Shown in pieces: positions 1 through 13,284 of a stretch of 64,000 nt of DNA (position 1 is its first letter; each line of letters starts with the position of its first letter). This stretch comes from Mobula hypostoma. Taxonomy: Eukaryota. A program made the position numbers and the translations under genes. Under the pieces are notes generated by a model that was not told the origin of the DNA, did no database searches, and saw only the letters and a list, made by a program, of their open reading frames with translations. The stretch spans positions 17,982,001 to 18,046,000 of the forward strand of contig NC_086109.1 of assembly GCF_963921235.1 (NCBI RefSeq). The letters run 5' to 3'.

Positions 1-45
1 GGCTGAAGGGCCTGTATTGTGCTCTAGATTTTTTATGTTCTATGT

Positions 46-380
46 ACTGAGATACAGTGAAAGGCTTGTCATGCATGCTGTTCATACAGATCAAATCGTG
101 ACACAATGCATTGAGCTAGAACAAGGTAAAATAATAACAATGCAGAATAAAGTGTAAAAGCCAGACAGCAAGCGCAGTGCAAGAAAACAATAAAGTGCAG
201 ATCATAATGAGGTAGATTGTGAGGTGAAAAGTCCATCTTATCATACAAAATGTCCGTTGAAGGGTCTGGTAACAGTGGGATAGAATCTGTCCTTGAACCT
301 GGTGGAACATGCTTTTGTATCTTCTGTCCAGTGGGAGAGTGGAGAAGAGAGAATGACCGGGGTGGTGGGATAGACAGGTC
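46..380 (-). mobile_element. Rex1/Babar-like LINE 3' UTR remnant
   Basis: Reverse complement resembles the 3' ends of the other Rex1-like copies in the window (e.g. 2990-3230). Confidence 0.5.
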
Positions 381-728
381 AACATCTCATCTGAAAATCC
401 ACACTCCAGCTGCTACAATATTCACGGTGCTTCACTAGGAGTGGCTGCCTGAATTCTCTGGGTCTTGAACCCAGAAAGAGAAATTAACTCCCTCCTCTGT
501 AAAAGTTAACACAAGGCAACAGTTTTCAGAGAAGCTGCTTAAAACTTGTGACAATAGCTGCCGGGATCTGGAGCAAAAAAAGTGTACTGCTGGAGGAACT
601 CAAAGGGTCAGACTGTCAACGTTTCATGTTGAGACCCTTTATTGGGATTGAGAGAGTAGAACAGAGGTATCCTGTGTAAAGAAGTGAGGGAGACGGGCAG
701 GGAAGGAGCTGACATGTGAAAGGTGGAT

Positions 729-838
729 ATTGTTGTGTTCATCCATCGTCGACGTCGATGAGGACCTCGACATCACTTGATGGTGTCGAGACTAGCGCGT
801 GATTTGGATTTAAGTGAGGGAGAGTTGCGCAGCGTCAA
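729..838 (-). mobile_element. 5'-truncated copy of the non-autonomous RTE-type element at 33428-33989
   Basis: Reverse complement is near-identical to about 33885-33989 (gctgcgcaactctccctcacttaaatccaaatcacgcgctagtctc...gaacacaaca). Confidence 0.85.
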
Positions 839-1379
839 CTAGCTTGGCATTAACTCAAGTATTTTTTGACTTACCGCATATTCTTTCACTCCCGTTTTCA
901 TGCACAATGCACCTCTTAGCTCAATAAATCCAAAAATAACCAACTGAATGGCCAGCACAGAGGAAAAACATTTAATGATAGTTACACAGAGTAGAGTCAT
1001 ACTTACAACCTACACAATAATTGAGGGACATTCTTTCTCACTAAGCTCACTATGAAACCTTGCTTATCTCTGGAGTTGTCCACCTGCATGTTCCAAGAAA
1101 TTAAAAGTGAATTAATTTCCATAATGCTACCATGAGCAAAACTCAGGAGAAAATTGGTAAGGGCAATAGAATGCCGTTCCTATTATCCTCAAAGTTTTTT
1201 TTTCTGTTACTAATTGCAAGAGATATTAAAAATATAATGCAAAGGAAGACATCTGCACTTGCAGGCAAAATGAATCCATCTAGGTAAAAAACAATGTAAC
1301 ATTCTAGAGTAGGTTACATGGTCAGCACAACATTGTGGGCTGAAGGGCCTGTAATGTGCTGTAAATTTCTATGTTCTAT

Positions 1380-1775
1380 TGTAACAGCGACTGTCAGTCT
1401 CCCCTTTTGCTGTGAAATGGGTGATATCTCTCTGTCCCTTGTTAGTGAGAGAGAGCGAGCCTGTGGCATGTTGAACAGCTGGGTAAACAATGGTTCTTGT
1501 GGACTGCAGATCATAGTCTCTCTTTGGGGGCTTTGGTGTTGCCCGGCAGGTAGTGGGCCCTCGCACTTTCTGCTGAAGTGGGAGGGGGGTGAAGGGGGAG
1601 GTTGACGCTTTGTGGCTGCTTGTGCGGGAGAGGAGGAGAGGGGGCTTAGGGAATCTTAAGTTTTTCTGTCTTTCATTCTTTTGGGGTTCTGTTTTTCATG
1701 GATGTCTGCGAAGCGTATGAATTTCAGGTTGTATACTGTATATATTCTCTAATAATAAATGGATTTATTTGAATT
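1380..1775 (+). repeat. Fragment of an unclassified interspersed repeat, same family as 35745-36590
   Basis: Shares gagagagcctgtggcatgt..gaa and gaatttcagg motifs with 36170-36580. Confidence 0.6.
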
Positions 1776-2529
1776 AATGCCTGTTCTCCATTCTATAGGT
1801 TGTGGGAAGGTAATATGCCAGCTGAATGCATCATTGGTGGCTTTGAGGAACAGAACAGTTTGAGGTGGTGAGTTCAGGAATAGGTCCAGTAAAAGCTGAC
1901 AACCCTGCGTGTACCTCATACAAGAAAATTTCTGGTCACTGCTCTGACCCATCCCACACAGAAAAGAAAGGGAAAGATTGTTCTCTGTATCAAGTTCAGT
2001 CTCCCACCTGCGCAATCTTATTAAAGTTTAACTGAAGGTAGCCGAGCATGTCAGACTGCAGCAAATGAAGCTCTGTCTGCTCCTGCCTCAGAGAACAGCC
2101 ACCCAGCACACAGTCAGCAATTAAATCATTGCCCAGCCCTCCACTTGATGACTGAGTCAGAGTTTAACAAGTTGTGTCAGAGCAATGAGAGTAATGTAGA
2201 ATTAACTATTTGAGCTCCAGCTCCAAACTTTCAGATGTCTCTTCACTTGTGAGTACTATTATTTCTCTCTTCACTCCCCTTTTCTGTGGAATGGATCAAG
2301 CCTTGCTGAGACTTTGGGCTGTACAGTTATGGAACTGACTTGTTGCTTATTCCCTTTGCCCACAATTGCCACATTTACTCCACCCAGAAGAGAAGGGTCA
2401 GACAGTATGACTCACCAAACCTGCAAGCAGCAGGAGTCCGGTGAGGAGCAGCAGGCTTCACATGACGGGGAGGCCTCACGTTGTTTCCTAAGGCCTCCCC
2501 CCAAAAGAACGCAGGATGTCAAAGACCCT

Positions 2530-3232
2530 TAATTGTCGTCAGGTAGAGGTGCGGTGCACGTGCTTTTGTTTACATCAGTGGAGCTGAGTTCAAGGGGGTT
2601 GAACATCATCAGAAGTCTGTCGTAGTCCAATCACATTGATGCCATAGCCAAGAAAACACACCAGTACCTCTACCTCAGAAGGCTAAAATAATTTGGCATC
2701 CCTCAATGACCCTCACCAATTTTTTTAGGTAGACCACAGAAAGCCTCCTCTCTGGATGCATCAGATGCTCTGCCAGAGACCGTAAGAACTGTGGAGAGCT
2801 GTAGACACATCCCAGTACATCACAGAAAGCCACCTGCCCTCCACAGACTTTTTCTACACTACTTGCTGCCTTGTTAAAACAGCCAACATAACCAATGATC
2901 CCTCTCACCTTGGACATTCTTTGATCTTCTCCCTCAAATCAGGCAAACATATAAGCCTGAAAGCATGTAGCACTTGGCTCAAGGGTGGCTGCTATCTTAC
3001 TGTACCAAGATGATTGAATGATCTTCTACAACAATAAGCTGTATTCTTGCTCTCACAGTCAACATTGTTATGGCCTTGCATCTTATTGTCTGCTTTATTT
3101 GTGACTGTAACACTTTATTCTGCATTCTGTTATTGTTTTCCCTTGTGCAGTACTTCCTCAATGCACCGATGTGATGGGATGATCTGTTTGGATGGCATGC
3201 AAAACAACGTTTTATCATTGTTCCTTTGGTAA
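2530..3232 (+). mobile_element. Degenerate Rex1/Babar LINE 3' fragment
   Basis: Decayed KK(A)HQ.LY.LRRL...LTNFFR.T.ES.L region plus a 3' UTR like the other copies. Confidence 0.65.
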
Positions 3233-3270
3233 ATTGCACAAATTGATCTTGTGTTTTAAAACAAGGTGGA

Positions 3271-3691
3271 TGTCACAGCCACAGAGTCAGCTGCACAGCA
3301 GATTCAGCAATTGCGTTCATGAATATGCACGTATCAGATAATTATTATTTCATTATGGCAGTATTTAACTACCTCCTTTCCGTTGTAGCACTTGTCGAGA
3401 CTTGAGCAAAGATCAGCATCGTTACACTGCCTGCTTGCATTCGGCCTTGCCTGAGAATAGTGGGCTGCTGAGTCGAATGACGCTGAGGACTAGCGGTATT
3501 CGTTTTATATTTAGATATTCCTTTCAGCCGCGGTATTTTCCTTTTGAGAGTTTTAGTTAGCGGCCCTGTTTGGCCGAACGTTTATTGTTTTCTTTTTTCC
3601 CCTTAAAATACAGTTCTCATTGAAGTCTGTGAACTATCGACCCACTTCAGCAACTCTCTCTGCACTTGGGCCGTATCCGAATGAACTGACA
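3271..3691. mobile_element. Solo LTR-like element (family shared with 60289-60713)
   Basis: TGTCA...TGACA termini; colinear similarity to 60289-60713 (cttgtcgagacttg, ttgaagtctgtgaactatcgacc). Confidence 0.65.
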
Positions 3692-3897
3692 ATGGGTTGT
3701 ATGAAGGGAGGGGGATGTAAAAAGGTTTGAAGGTGATTATATTGCGGACAAGCTGAATAAGTGAGTATAAAGGCAGCAGATGCAATATAAAGTGGAACAG
3801 TATGAGTTACCCATTTTGGTACAGAGTAGGAAATTATTTTTTTATTTTTATTTAGAAATACAGCATGGTAACCAGCAACTTTTATGTGTGTTGATGG

Positions 3898-4497
3898 TGT
3901 AACGCTCCGCTATATTGGCTCGTATATGTCCAGGGGAAATCCCACCCGGCACCAGCCTTAACGCTTCCCGCTGGGTCGGTTGCTGTACCACTGCCACTCG
4001 AATCAATCCCAAACATCAATCATCAGCCAGCACACCCAGTATGTTTTACCAAGTACACTTTATAGATATTACTAAGTCTATGAAATTAATATAAGTTCGA
4101 TACAGAAAAGGAAGTAATGGGAAAAAAAAGGCGCCAGACTTATCAAAGTTCAAGTTCTTCATGCACAAGTTGGAGCTCAGAAATTCCTGGCAACCACCCC
4201 AGACCTTGTCGACTCGCGGCTCGGGAGCCTTTCCGCATATCCGTCGTCCTCTCCGTCTCTCCTCCGACTCCCCCCCCCAAAAACCCCCGTTCCCAGTCAT
4301 ATGAGACAGCATTATCACCCCAGGAAATAATAACATGAATACCCATTGGCTATTAGCACCCTGCTGTCTGTATTAACACAAGCAAATGTCTAGCTGGAGA
4401 CTTTCTCAGCATTTAACATAACATAGAAGCCATTTTAATCCACATACGCAGCAATTTAAAAGATTAACATAACAAAGAAGCCATTTTAAATTTAACA
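3898..4497. mobile_element. Putative LTR-like insertion inside an HE1-type SINE tail
   Basis: TGTAA...TAACA ends; interrupts the SINE 3' end (about 3845-3872 and 4505 onward); internal duplicated ttaacataaca.agaagccattttaa. Confidence 0.4.
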
Positions 4498-4504
4498 TAC
4501 CTCT

Positions 4505-4670
4505 CCATTTCTGGCCCAATGTGCCCAATTACACTCACCTGACCAATTATCCTAATAATTTGTCCCTCTTTGGAATGTGGGAGGAAACCAGAGCAGATGG
4601 AAGAAACCCACACGGTCACAGGGAGAACTTACAAACTACTTACGGGCAGTGGCGGGAATGGAACCTTGAT
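4505..4670 (-). mobile_element. HE1/V-SINE-like tRNA-derived SINE
   Basis: V-domain-like motif (minus strand gtgggttt...ctggtttcctcccacattccaaag). Confidence 0.7.
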
Positions 4671-4894
4671 CGCTCAGTTAGTTTTACGGTAACTGCTCCA
4701 CTAAATTCTGTGCTGGAAGTACAGAACTTTTAAGTGGTGAGAGAATTGGTAATGTCGGTGCTTAAAATAACCTTGTAAGCAAGTCATTAAAAACCAACAT
4801 GCAAGCAAATAAATAGCCATCAATGCAAATGGAAATTTCCTTTTATTGAAAGAGAATTTGTGCACAGGAGTACAAATGTCTTACTGCAGTTATA

Positions 4895-5494
4895 CATTCA
4901 GTAGCCACTTTATTAGGTACACCTATACACATGCTCGTTAATGCAGATATCTAATCAGTCGACTGTACTTTTTTCCATAGATGCTGTCTGGCCTGCTAAG
5001 TTCATCCAACATTTTGTGTGTGTTGCTCAGATTTCCAGGATCTAATCAGCAACAATTCAATACATAAAAGACATGCAGACGTGGTCAATATGTTCAGTTG
5101 TTATTCACACCAAACATCAGAATGGGGAAGAAATGTGATCTAAATAACATTGACCGTGGAATGATTATTGGTGCCAGATGGGGTGGTTTGAGTATTTCAG
5201 AAACTGCTGATCTCCTGGGATTTTCACGCACAGCAGTCTCCAGAGTTTACAGAGAATGGTGCAGAAAAATAAGAGCATCCCGTGAGCGGCAGTTCTGTGG
5301 GCAAAAATAAATTGTTAATGAGAGAGGTCAGAGGAGAATGGCCAGACTGGTTCAGGCCGACAGGAAGGCGACAGTAACTCAGATAACTACACATTACAAC
5401 AGTACAGCAGAGAAGAACATCTCTGAATACAGAACATGTCAAACCTTGAAATGGATGGGCTACAGAAGGTAACTAATAAAGTAGTCACTGAGTG
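4895..5494 (+). mobile_element. Internally deleted Tc1/mariner DNA transposon
   Basis: Imperfect terminal inverted repeats (cattcagtagccactttattag / ctaataaagtagtcactgagtg) with flanking TA; ORF 5098-5310 encodes a Tc1 paired-like HTH N-terminus (MGKKCDL..DRGMIIGAR..GLSISETADLLGFSRTAVSRVYREW); no DDE domain. Confidence 0.9.
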
Positions 5495-6354
5495 TACAGT
5501 GTCTTGGGAAAAAAGTAGCTGCATAATTTTAACTATTTAGTCTCTTAACTACTGAAAGAGTATATTTATCACAGAGTGCTATGAAGATTCACTAGCATGG
5601 ATCCAAGGATAATGGGTTTGCATAAGTAGATTGGGGTTGTAGAAAATAACATTTAGAAGAATGAGAGTGAACTTACAATATTATGGGGCACAACAAGCTG
5701 GAATAGAGAAGCTGTTTCCACAGCAGAAGGGTTTAGGCCCAGAATAAGGGGAAGGCTATTTAGGCCTGAGATGAGGAGGACTTTCTTCACACACTGAGAG
5801 GTGACCTTTTGGAATCCTTTTCTCTAGAGACTCAGTAATGGATTTCACTCCGAACAGAGATTAATAGATTTTCGGATATTAAGGAAATCAAAAGAGTCCC
5901 AAGAAGCAAGACTAATCAACATTTCCACCCACTAACTCCACCACTACTTTATTATTTCCCATCAATCACCTTATGTACAGCCCAGTGTCACTTTATACAC
6001 ATCAATCAATCTATGTATATAAGCTATCTTATTTTATTTATATTTATTGTGTGTTTTTTTTAGTATTGCTATTGTGTTCTTTATCTTGTGCAGTTTTTTT
6101 TGTGCTGCGTCAGATCCGGAGTAACAATTACTTTGTTCTCCTTACTCTTGTGCACAGGAAATAACATGAAGCAATCTTGAATCTTGAATATGGGATGGGA
6201 GCAGTTCAGAAAGGTAGAGCTGAGCTACAAGGTCAACCACAATCTTGAGGAATAGTGGGACAGGTTAGATTGCTCCTGATGCTCTTTCTTATTTTGATAC
6301 ATATAATTTAGTATAATAATAATAACTGAAAATTAAAAAAAATATATAATACTT

Positions 6355-6808
6355 AATAAGAGCATAAGACACAGGAACAGAGCTAGGCCACTTGGCTCAG
6401 TGAGTCTGCTCTACCATTCCACCTTGGCTGATTTATTATCCCTCTCAACTCCATTCTCCTGCCTTCTCCCCATAACCTTTGACACCATTACTAATCAAGA
6501 ACCAATCAATCTCTGCTTTAAATATACCCAAAGACCTGGCCTCCACAGCCCGCTGTGGCAATGAATTCCAAAGATTCACCACGCTTTGACTAAATAAATT
6601 CTTACTCATCTCTGTTCTAAAGGGATGTCCTTGAATTCTGAGTCTGTGTCCTCTGGTCCTGTTCTTCCCCGCTAACATCCGCTCCACATGCACTCTATGT
6701 AGACCTTTCAATATTCGATAGGTTTCAATGAGATATCTCTGATTCTTCTAAACTCCAGCAAGTACAGTCCCAGAGCCATCAAATGCTCCTCATACAGTAA
6801 CCCTTTCA
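6355..6808 (-). mobile_element. CR1 LINE 3' fragment
   Basis: ORF 6445-6711 carries TRGH.L...F....FSQ.VVNLWNSLP (CR1 ORF2 C-terminus) followed by a CR1 3' UTR and tail. Confidence 0.9.
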
Positions 6809-6814
6809 AAATGG

Positions 6815-8290
6815 AGACACAGGAGCCTGGAAGTGCTGGAAATCTGGGGCAACACACAGAACAGTAGAGGAACTCAATGGCTCAGGCACCATCTGTGGAG
6901 GAGAGTGGACAGTTGAGATCACATGAGCAATATACATGGAACGCTGGAGGAACTGAGCAGGTCAGGCTGCACCTATGGAGATGAACAAACAGTTGACGTT
7001 TCAGGCCAAGATTTTTCATCAGGACTGGAAAGGGAGGGGAAAGATGCCAGAATAAGAAGGTGGGGGTGAAGGAGGACAAGTGAGGGCAATACATGAAGCC
7101 GGGGGGTGGGGGGGAGGTGGGGATGGGAGCATAAAGTAAGAAGCTGGAAGACGATAGATGGAAAAGGTAATGGGCTGAAGAAGAAGGAATTTGAAGGAGA
7201 GGGAAGTGGGCCATGGGAGAAAGGGGAGGAGGAGGGGCTCCATGGGGTGGTGATAGGCAGGTGAGGAGAAAAGGTAAGAGGCAAGCATGGGAAACTGAAG
7301 AAGAGGGAAGGGGGAGGGGAAGAATTATTGGACATTGGAAAAACCAATGTTTGTGCCATCAGGTTGGAAGCTACCTAGACAGAAAATGAGGTGTTGCTTC
7401 TCCAAGCAGAGAGTGGCCTCATCATGGCAAATGAGGAGGCCATGACTGACATATCAGAATAGGAATGGGGATAGGAATTAAAGTTCTGCTTTTGACGATG
7501 AAGCAGAGGTGCACGACAAAGTGGTTCCCCAATCAACGTTGGGTCTCACCAATGTAGAGGAGGCCACATCAGGAGCACCTGATACAGTAGATGACTCCAA
7601 CAGATTTTTGGGTGAATTTGCAGAGATTTCCAGTGGCCAACCATTTTAATTCCCATCCCCATTTCCATTCCAACATATCGGTCCATGGCCTCCTCATCTG
7701 CCATAATGAGGCCACTCTCAGGTTGGAGGAGCAGTACCTCATATTCTGTCTAGGTAGTCTCCAACCTGATGGCATTAACATCGAATTCTCTTTTCCTGTA
7801 ATTTTCTCCCCTCCCCCTTCTCTCTTCTTCAGTTCCCCACCCTGGCCTATCACCTCCCTTGGTGTCCCTCCCCTTTCTCCTCGTCTATCACTTCTTACTT
7901 CCAGCTCTTAACCTTTTTTACCAATCACCTCCCAGCTTTTTACTTGATTCTCCCCTCCCCCACCCACCTGGCATCACCTATCACCTCCTAGCTTGTCCTC
8001 TTTCCTCCCCCCCCATCTTCTTGTCTCCCATCCTCCCCCCTTCCTTTCCAGTCCTGATGAAGGGTCTTGACCCGAAACGTCGACTGTTTATTTATCCCCA
8101 TAGGTGCTCCCTGCCCCGCCGCTGAGTTCCTCCAGCAGTTTGTGTGTGTTGCTCTGGATTTCCAGCATCAGCATAATCTCTTGTGTTTATAATTGACATT
8201 ATAAGCCGATCCAATCAAGATGAAGGGTCTCGACCCGAAACGTCGCCTGTCCAGTTCCCTCCACAGATGCTGCCTATCCTGCTTAGATGA
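6815..8290. mobile_element. Penelope-like element remnants in inverted arrangement (about 6925-7620 minus, 7620-8190 plus)
   Basis: ORF 7591-7911 carries PVANHFNS..H....SVHGL......LRLEEQYLIFCLGSLQPDGIN (GIY-YIG endonuclease C-terminus), mirrored on the minus strand; pyrimidine-rich UTR and a hammerhead motif on each arm. Confidence 0.88.
8049..8086 (+). ncRNA. Minimal type I hammerhead ribozyme motif (Penelope-associated)
   Basis: CAGTC-CTGATGA-A-GGGT(CTTG)ACCC-GAAA-CGTC-GACTG: stem I CAGTC/GACTG, intact core, stem II, palindromic ACGT stem III, GUC cleavage triplet. Confidence 0.8.
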
Positions 8291-9479
8291 TTCGCAACCT
8301 ATTGTATGCCTGTAGTAAACTTTCCCTGTAAAACTTTATTCTGCGTTCCGTTATTTTTTCCCATGTACTACCTCAATGCGCTGTGGTAATGAAATGATCT
8401 GTATTGGTGGTATGCAAAACAAATTTTGTTCCCTGTACCTTGGTACCTATAACAATAATAAGCCAATTCAATTCTATCTTGCATTTCAGTCCAGGAAAAT
8501 ACAACAACTTCATAGCATTATGCCAACATGTAATTTATTTATTATTATTCTTTAATTTTAATTTGTGTATTTACATTCAAAATATTAAGCTCACGAATTG
8601 CACACTGTCAGTTTAAATAGTGCCTGTTTTTGTCCTTGGTTAACAATCTATCTGTGTATCTATAATTCTTCATTAAGATCTGAAATATTAGAGGCTGCAA
8701 AAAAAAATCACAGCGATAACATAAATAACTTGGTATTATAGAGGCTGGTGATTTTTTTCCCATTCATTGGAGCAGCTTTGGGAACAGACTGGAGAGGGGC
8801 TGCAGTAATCTATCTCCATTACCATCACTGAAATAGGTTCTGCCACATTACCTTGTAGAGATAATCAATATTTCTGCCTGACCCTAAAGGTCTGTTGGCA
8901 TTTTAATGTGTTCCAATTGAAATTTCAGCGCCGGGAGCAAGGCTGCTGTCACCAGCCCCAAGGATATCTGAATCTGAAAGTGAATGCCAAACAAAAAGAT
9001 AACATGCAGAATTGTTCAGATAAAAAATTTGCATTTTATTCTTTTGCTAATGAATTAACCAGTCATATCTTTAAGGAACATGAATCATAAAATCTTACCT
9101 GATAGTGCCGCAGAAACATCTGTTTATTGTCCCCCATCTGCCAGTGAGAAAAGTCTGCAAATGATCTAATGAAGGCCCTGGCAGTTATTCTGGGTTTTCA
9201 TCACACATCTGTGATATTTTTGTGAGTTGTGAAATAATGTTATACGCTCACTTCCAACAGCTTTAAATCAGTGCAAATGACCTAGCCCAGCCTTGCAAGG
9301 AGGAAAGTACTGACCGGGGGAGGGGGGGGGGGTGGTGGACAGTAAGGATAGTTCCAGCCATTGGACCTTCGAGATATCAAAACAAGCAAGAGGTGTCTGA
9401 GAATGCTCAGAAGGGGTTAGGTTAAGATGTCAAAGTTATTACGATATTTATTGCAGTACTCTTGTGCTCAAAAGAAACC

Positions 9480-9920
9480 ACAGAACATAGAACAGTACAG
9501 CACACGAGCAGGCTATTTGGCCCGCAATGTTGTGCCGAACTAGCTAAAGAGCAAATCGAAAAGCCCCACACACTCATCCCTTCTACCTAAACCATGTTCA
9601 TATCCCTCCACCTTCCTTACATCCATGTGCCTATCCAAATATCTCTTAAAAGCCTCCAATGTATTTGCCTCTACCCCCACACCAGGCAGTGCATTCCAGG
9701 CATCCATGACTCTCTGAGTCGAAAACTTACCCCTCACATCCCCCTTGAAGCTACCCCTCTCTCACCTTTAATGCATGCCCTCTGATATTAGACATTTCAA
9801 CCCTGGGAAACAGATACTCTCTGTCCTCTCTGTCTATGCCTCTCATAATCTTTTAAACCATAGTCAAATCTCCCCTCAGACTCCAACGCTCCAGAGAAAA
9901 TAACCCAAGTTTATCTAGCC
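9480..9920 (-). mobile_element. CR1 LINE 3' fragment
   Basis: ORF 9540-9737 (RGKFSTQRV..AWNALP...FKRYLDRHM); catagaa tail. Confidence 0.85.
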
Positions 9921-10319
9921 TAAGACATAAGAGAAAAATAAATTTTCTGCTTGCGGGAATAAAGGAAACATCAACATCCTGGAGTTATTCCCAAATCTAG
10001 TTTATTAAACATTTTATTGACTCCTTGACACATGAGTGATATCCTATTAGATGAAAAATATTGATGCATTATTTCAAAAGATAGTGATTCGGGGATGTTT
10101 ATTGTGCCACTGCAATAAATTACGATTCCGTTGTATTATTTTACTGAGTCATGGATTGATGAGTAGGTTCTAATTCCTCTCTATTGTTTGTTATTCCATT
10201 GTGAAATTTACTTCACATTGACCCTGCATGTTCAGGCAACTTTGTCCATGGATTGATGCTGTACTGTCAAAGTTATAGTTGACTTTTTTGTCTTAAGCAC
10301 CAATACTGTACGTGTATGT

Positions 10320-10880
10320 ACCAATACAATGAAAACCTTACTTGCAGCAGCATCAGATAAACAACATTCACAAGGAAAACATATATTAAACATAAATTAT
10401 ACAAGAAAGGGCACAATTAGAGCAAAACAAAGGTCCATTGTATTGCACAGTGGTCAAAGTGGTCATAATGTTGCTACACTGAGACAGTGATGAGGGATGA
10501 TCAGGTTGATTCAAGAACTGAATGGATGAAGGGAAGTAACTGTTTTTGAACCTAGTGGTGTGGGGCTTCAGGCTTCTGTACCTCCTGATGGGAGCTCTGA
10601 GAAGGTGACATGGGCTGGTTGGTTGAGATCTTTGTTGGCAGACACGCACAAAATGCTGGAGGAACTCAACAGGTCAGGTGACCTCTATGGAGAGGAATAA
10701 ACAGTCGACATTTCGGGCCAAGACCCTTCATTGAGCCAGCGTCTCCTGTAGACGTTACCAATGGTGGAGAGGAATGTGGGCAGACTCCACTGCTGTCTAC
10801 AGCTCCTTACATTCCTATGTATCCAAATCACTGCATCACACCATGATGTATCTAGTCGCAATACTTTCAACAACACATTT
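10320..10880 (-). mobile_element. Rex1/Babar fragment with a nested Penelope-derived short repeat (about 10640-10735)
   Basis: RRYRSLKPHTTRFKNSYFP in ORF 10386-10649; degenerate hammerhead-type motif at about 10702-10732. Confidence 0.7.
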
Positions 10881-12229
10881 ATGGAAGTTTGTCAGATTGT
10901 TAGAGGACTGAGGCTTCTATTTTCAGCTCAAGGTGTCAAAGAACAGAGTGGTGCAACTTTTTTCCTTAATAAATTTGGATTAACATGCCAATATGAGGGG
11001 TGTTCACCATGTCCAATTGTTACCTAGATGTCACTGTGAAACAGTTTAACTTATTAGCAGGTTATGGTTGTTAGCCTAGGGGCAACTTCCCCTCGGTTTT
11101 CTGCTTTTTGCACCATTTGACTGTGAGAGAGGACAAGAGCCCACAGGAAGAAGTCTGGTTTCTAACGATGTCCTTTTTCTATTGGAAATTATTTGCAGCC
11201 TCAGTTTACAACAAATAACAAAAAGAGATGTCCTCATCTTCCAGCTGATGAGAAAGTTCCAGTGACAAAAATCGTACTGCTTCTTAGTCCCAGTTCTCCC
11301 GGGGTGTTGGGAATGACACATTGCTTCATTGGCACTGTGAACATATTCATTGCTAGTCTTTGAGACGTGACTGCCATAGAAAAATCTCCTCCCACATTTT
11401 AAAACGTTTTTGCATTGAATTTTACGTTTGCAATCCACCTGCATCATTCACTTCCCACCTTCCCTCCTCCAGGTGGACAGGTAACATGAAGGACATAAAA
11501 AATCAAGGCCATGTATATGTTAAGGGATATTAGTTCAGCTACTGCATTACTACGTGGACGCTGATGAAGGGTGTCCACTTGAAACATCAACACTTTGTCT
11601 TATGTTCTTATAGCCCGCAAGTTGCTGGCTAAGTTGCTTTTCCAATGGTGTGATGGCAGAGTAGGAAGACTGCAAGCAGCAGAATCTTTGAAAGGGAAGC
11701 TTAATTTTTGAAAGGACTTTTAGAAATGATGGCAATAGGAGTGTGGATGAGTGAAAGGATGCTATTGCAGCAGGGGGTTTAGATAGATACTCTGACAGAA
11801 TTTGTGAAGCTGGCAATAAAGAAGGGATTTCAAGAGCAATGTACACCATTTAATGTCCACATTGCCAACTCTTTCCCTTTTCTTAGATTTCACATAATTT
11901 CTGTTCCCAATTCTTGCATCAACCCATATTAACCCACCTGCCATTCTCAGTAAATTCATCAGGGATTAATTGATCCCTGAAACATAGCAGGTAGTCATTG
12001 TTAGGAAAGTGCTGTCTATTACTGGCCAGTGTGGTGGCATCAGCACCAGACTTCGAGTTCAAATCCGGCTGGCTCCTTGCACACTTTCCATCCATGTCGG
12101 GTTATGTGTCGAGCTAACAACGCTCAGCCTCGTAAAGAACAGACAAATGCGAAGGAAAGGGCAAAAATGCTGCCCAATGCGTCACAAGGCGCGAAAAGGA
12201 AGAACAGTAAGACACTTCCAGGCCAACAA

Positions 12230-12400
12230 GTCCATACTGCCAAATTACACTCAGATGCCCAATTAACCTACTAACCAGTGTGTCTTTGGACTGTGGGAGG
12301 AAACTGGAGCACCCAGAGGAAACCCACATGGTCACAGGGAGGACGTACAAAGTCCTTACAGTCAGCGGCAGGAATTGAACCTGGGCAGCTGACACTGTAG
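12230..12400 (-). mobile_element. HE1/V-SINE-like SINE
   Basis: B-box ggttcaattcc and V-domain motif on the minus strand. Confidence 0.75.
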
Positions 12401-13284
12401 TTGCATTATGTCCCAACGTGTTGTATGTTAGCATTTAAAAGCATATCATCCAGAACAATATATTGACCTCCCACCCCCATAACATTGCACTTTCTGTGTG
12501 CAGTATAATAACTGGATTGCCATAGGTGTTTTGCTATGAATGCAGCGATCTAAAATAAATATTTGAGATGGGATTTTCACCTTGCCCTTCTGCTCACTCG
12601 TATTTACATTTGCAGCAGCACTGAAGCAGTGTTGTATTCTACAAGGTATTTCGTATTTATATTTGGTTCTAGAAATATTCTTTACAATATATAAGTGCCT
12701 CCTCTCATAATGTAATCCTCTTTGAGGCCATTCATCAACATCCTCGGCTTGATTAAAGTGCTCCAGCCTATTCAGTCTTCTATGATAGTTGCAACCTCAC
12801 TGTTCTGGTATCGGTTCTATTTTTCAAGGCTTGTGTGAAACCTTTTGTAGCTTCACCTAATAAAAATCTATCGATCTTAGTCTTGAAAGCTGCAATTATC
12901 CCTGCTTCAGATTTTCACTACCATTTGTGTAGAAAATGTGCCTCCTGATTTCACTCCCCGACATCTATCTCTAATTTTAAAATTCTGAGCCTTGGTTGAA
13001 GAATCCACATCCAATAAAACGATTCTTTTGGATCTTTTAAATACATTCAACTTTTAAAACATCTGGATTAGATTGAACATCAGTCTTCTATTCATAAGGA
13101 ATACAAGGCACTTATGTGCAAGTAGTCTTCACAACTCTACACTTTAATCTTCTAATCTCATTGTTTGAGTTGTATGGGTGAGAATAAAATTGTGACCCAC
13201 TATGATATTTACCCTGCACTTCACCCACCACTGATGTCCTGCTGTCCCTGGTAATCAGTGGATGTACATGTCACTACCCTGACA

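Noticed and set aside
9098..9153. Possible minus-strand exon (tttgcag...cag|gtaag)
   Set aside because: Weak polypyrimidine tract, unrecognised translation and no partner exons.
9316..9340. G-rich tract, potential G-quadruplex
   Set aside because: Simple homopolymer run with no supporting context.
11076..11447. 123-aa ORF in apparently unique sequence
   Set aside because: No recognisable homology or convincing splice sites.
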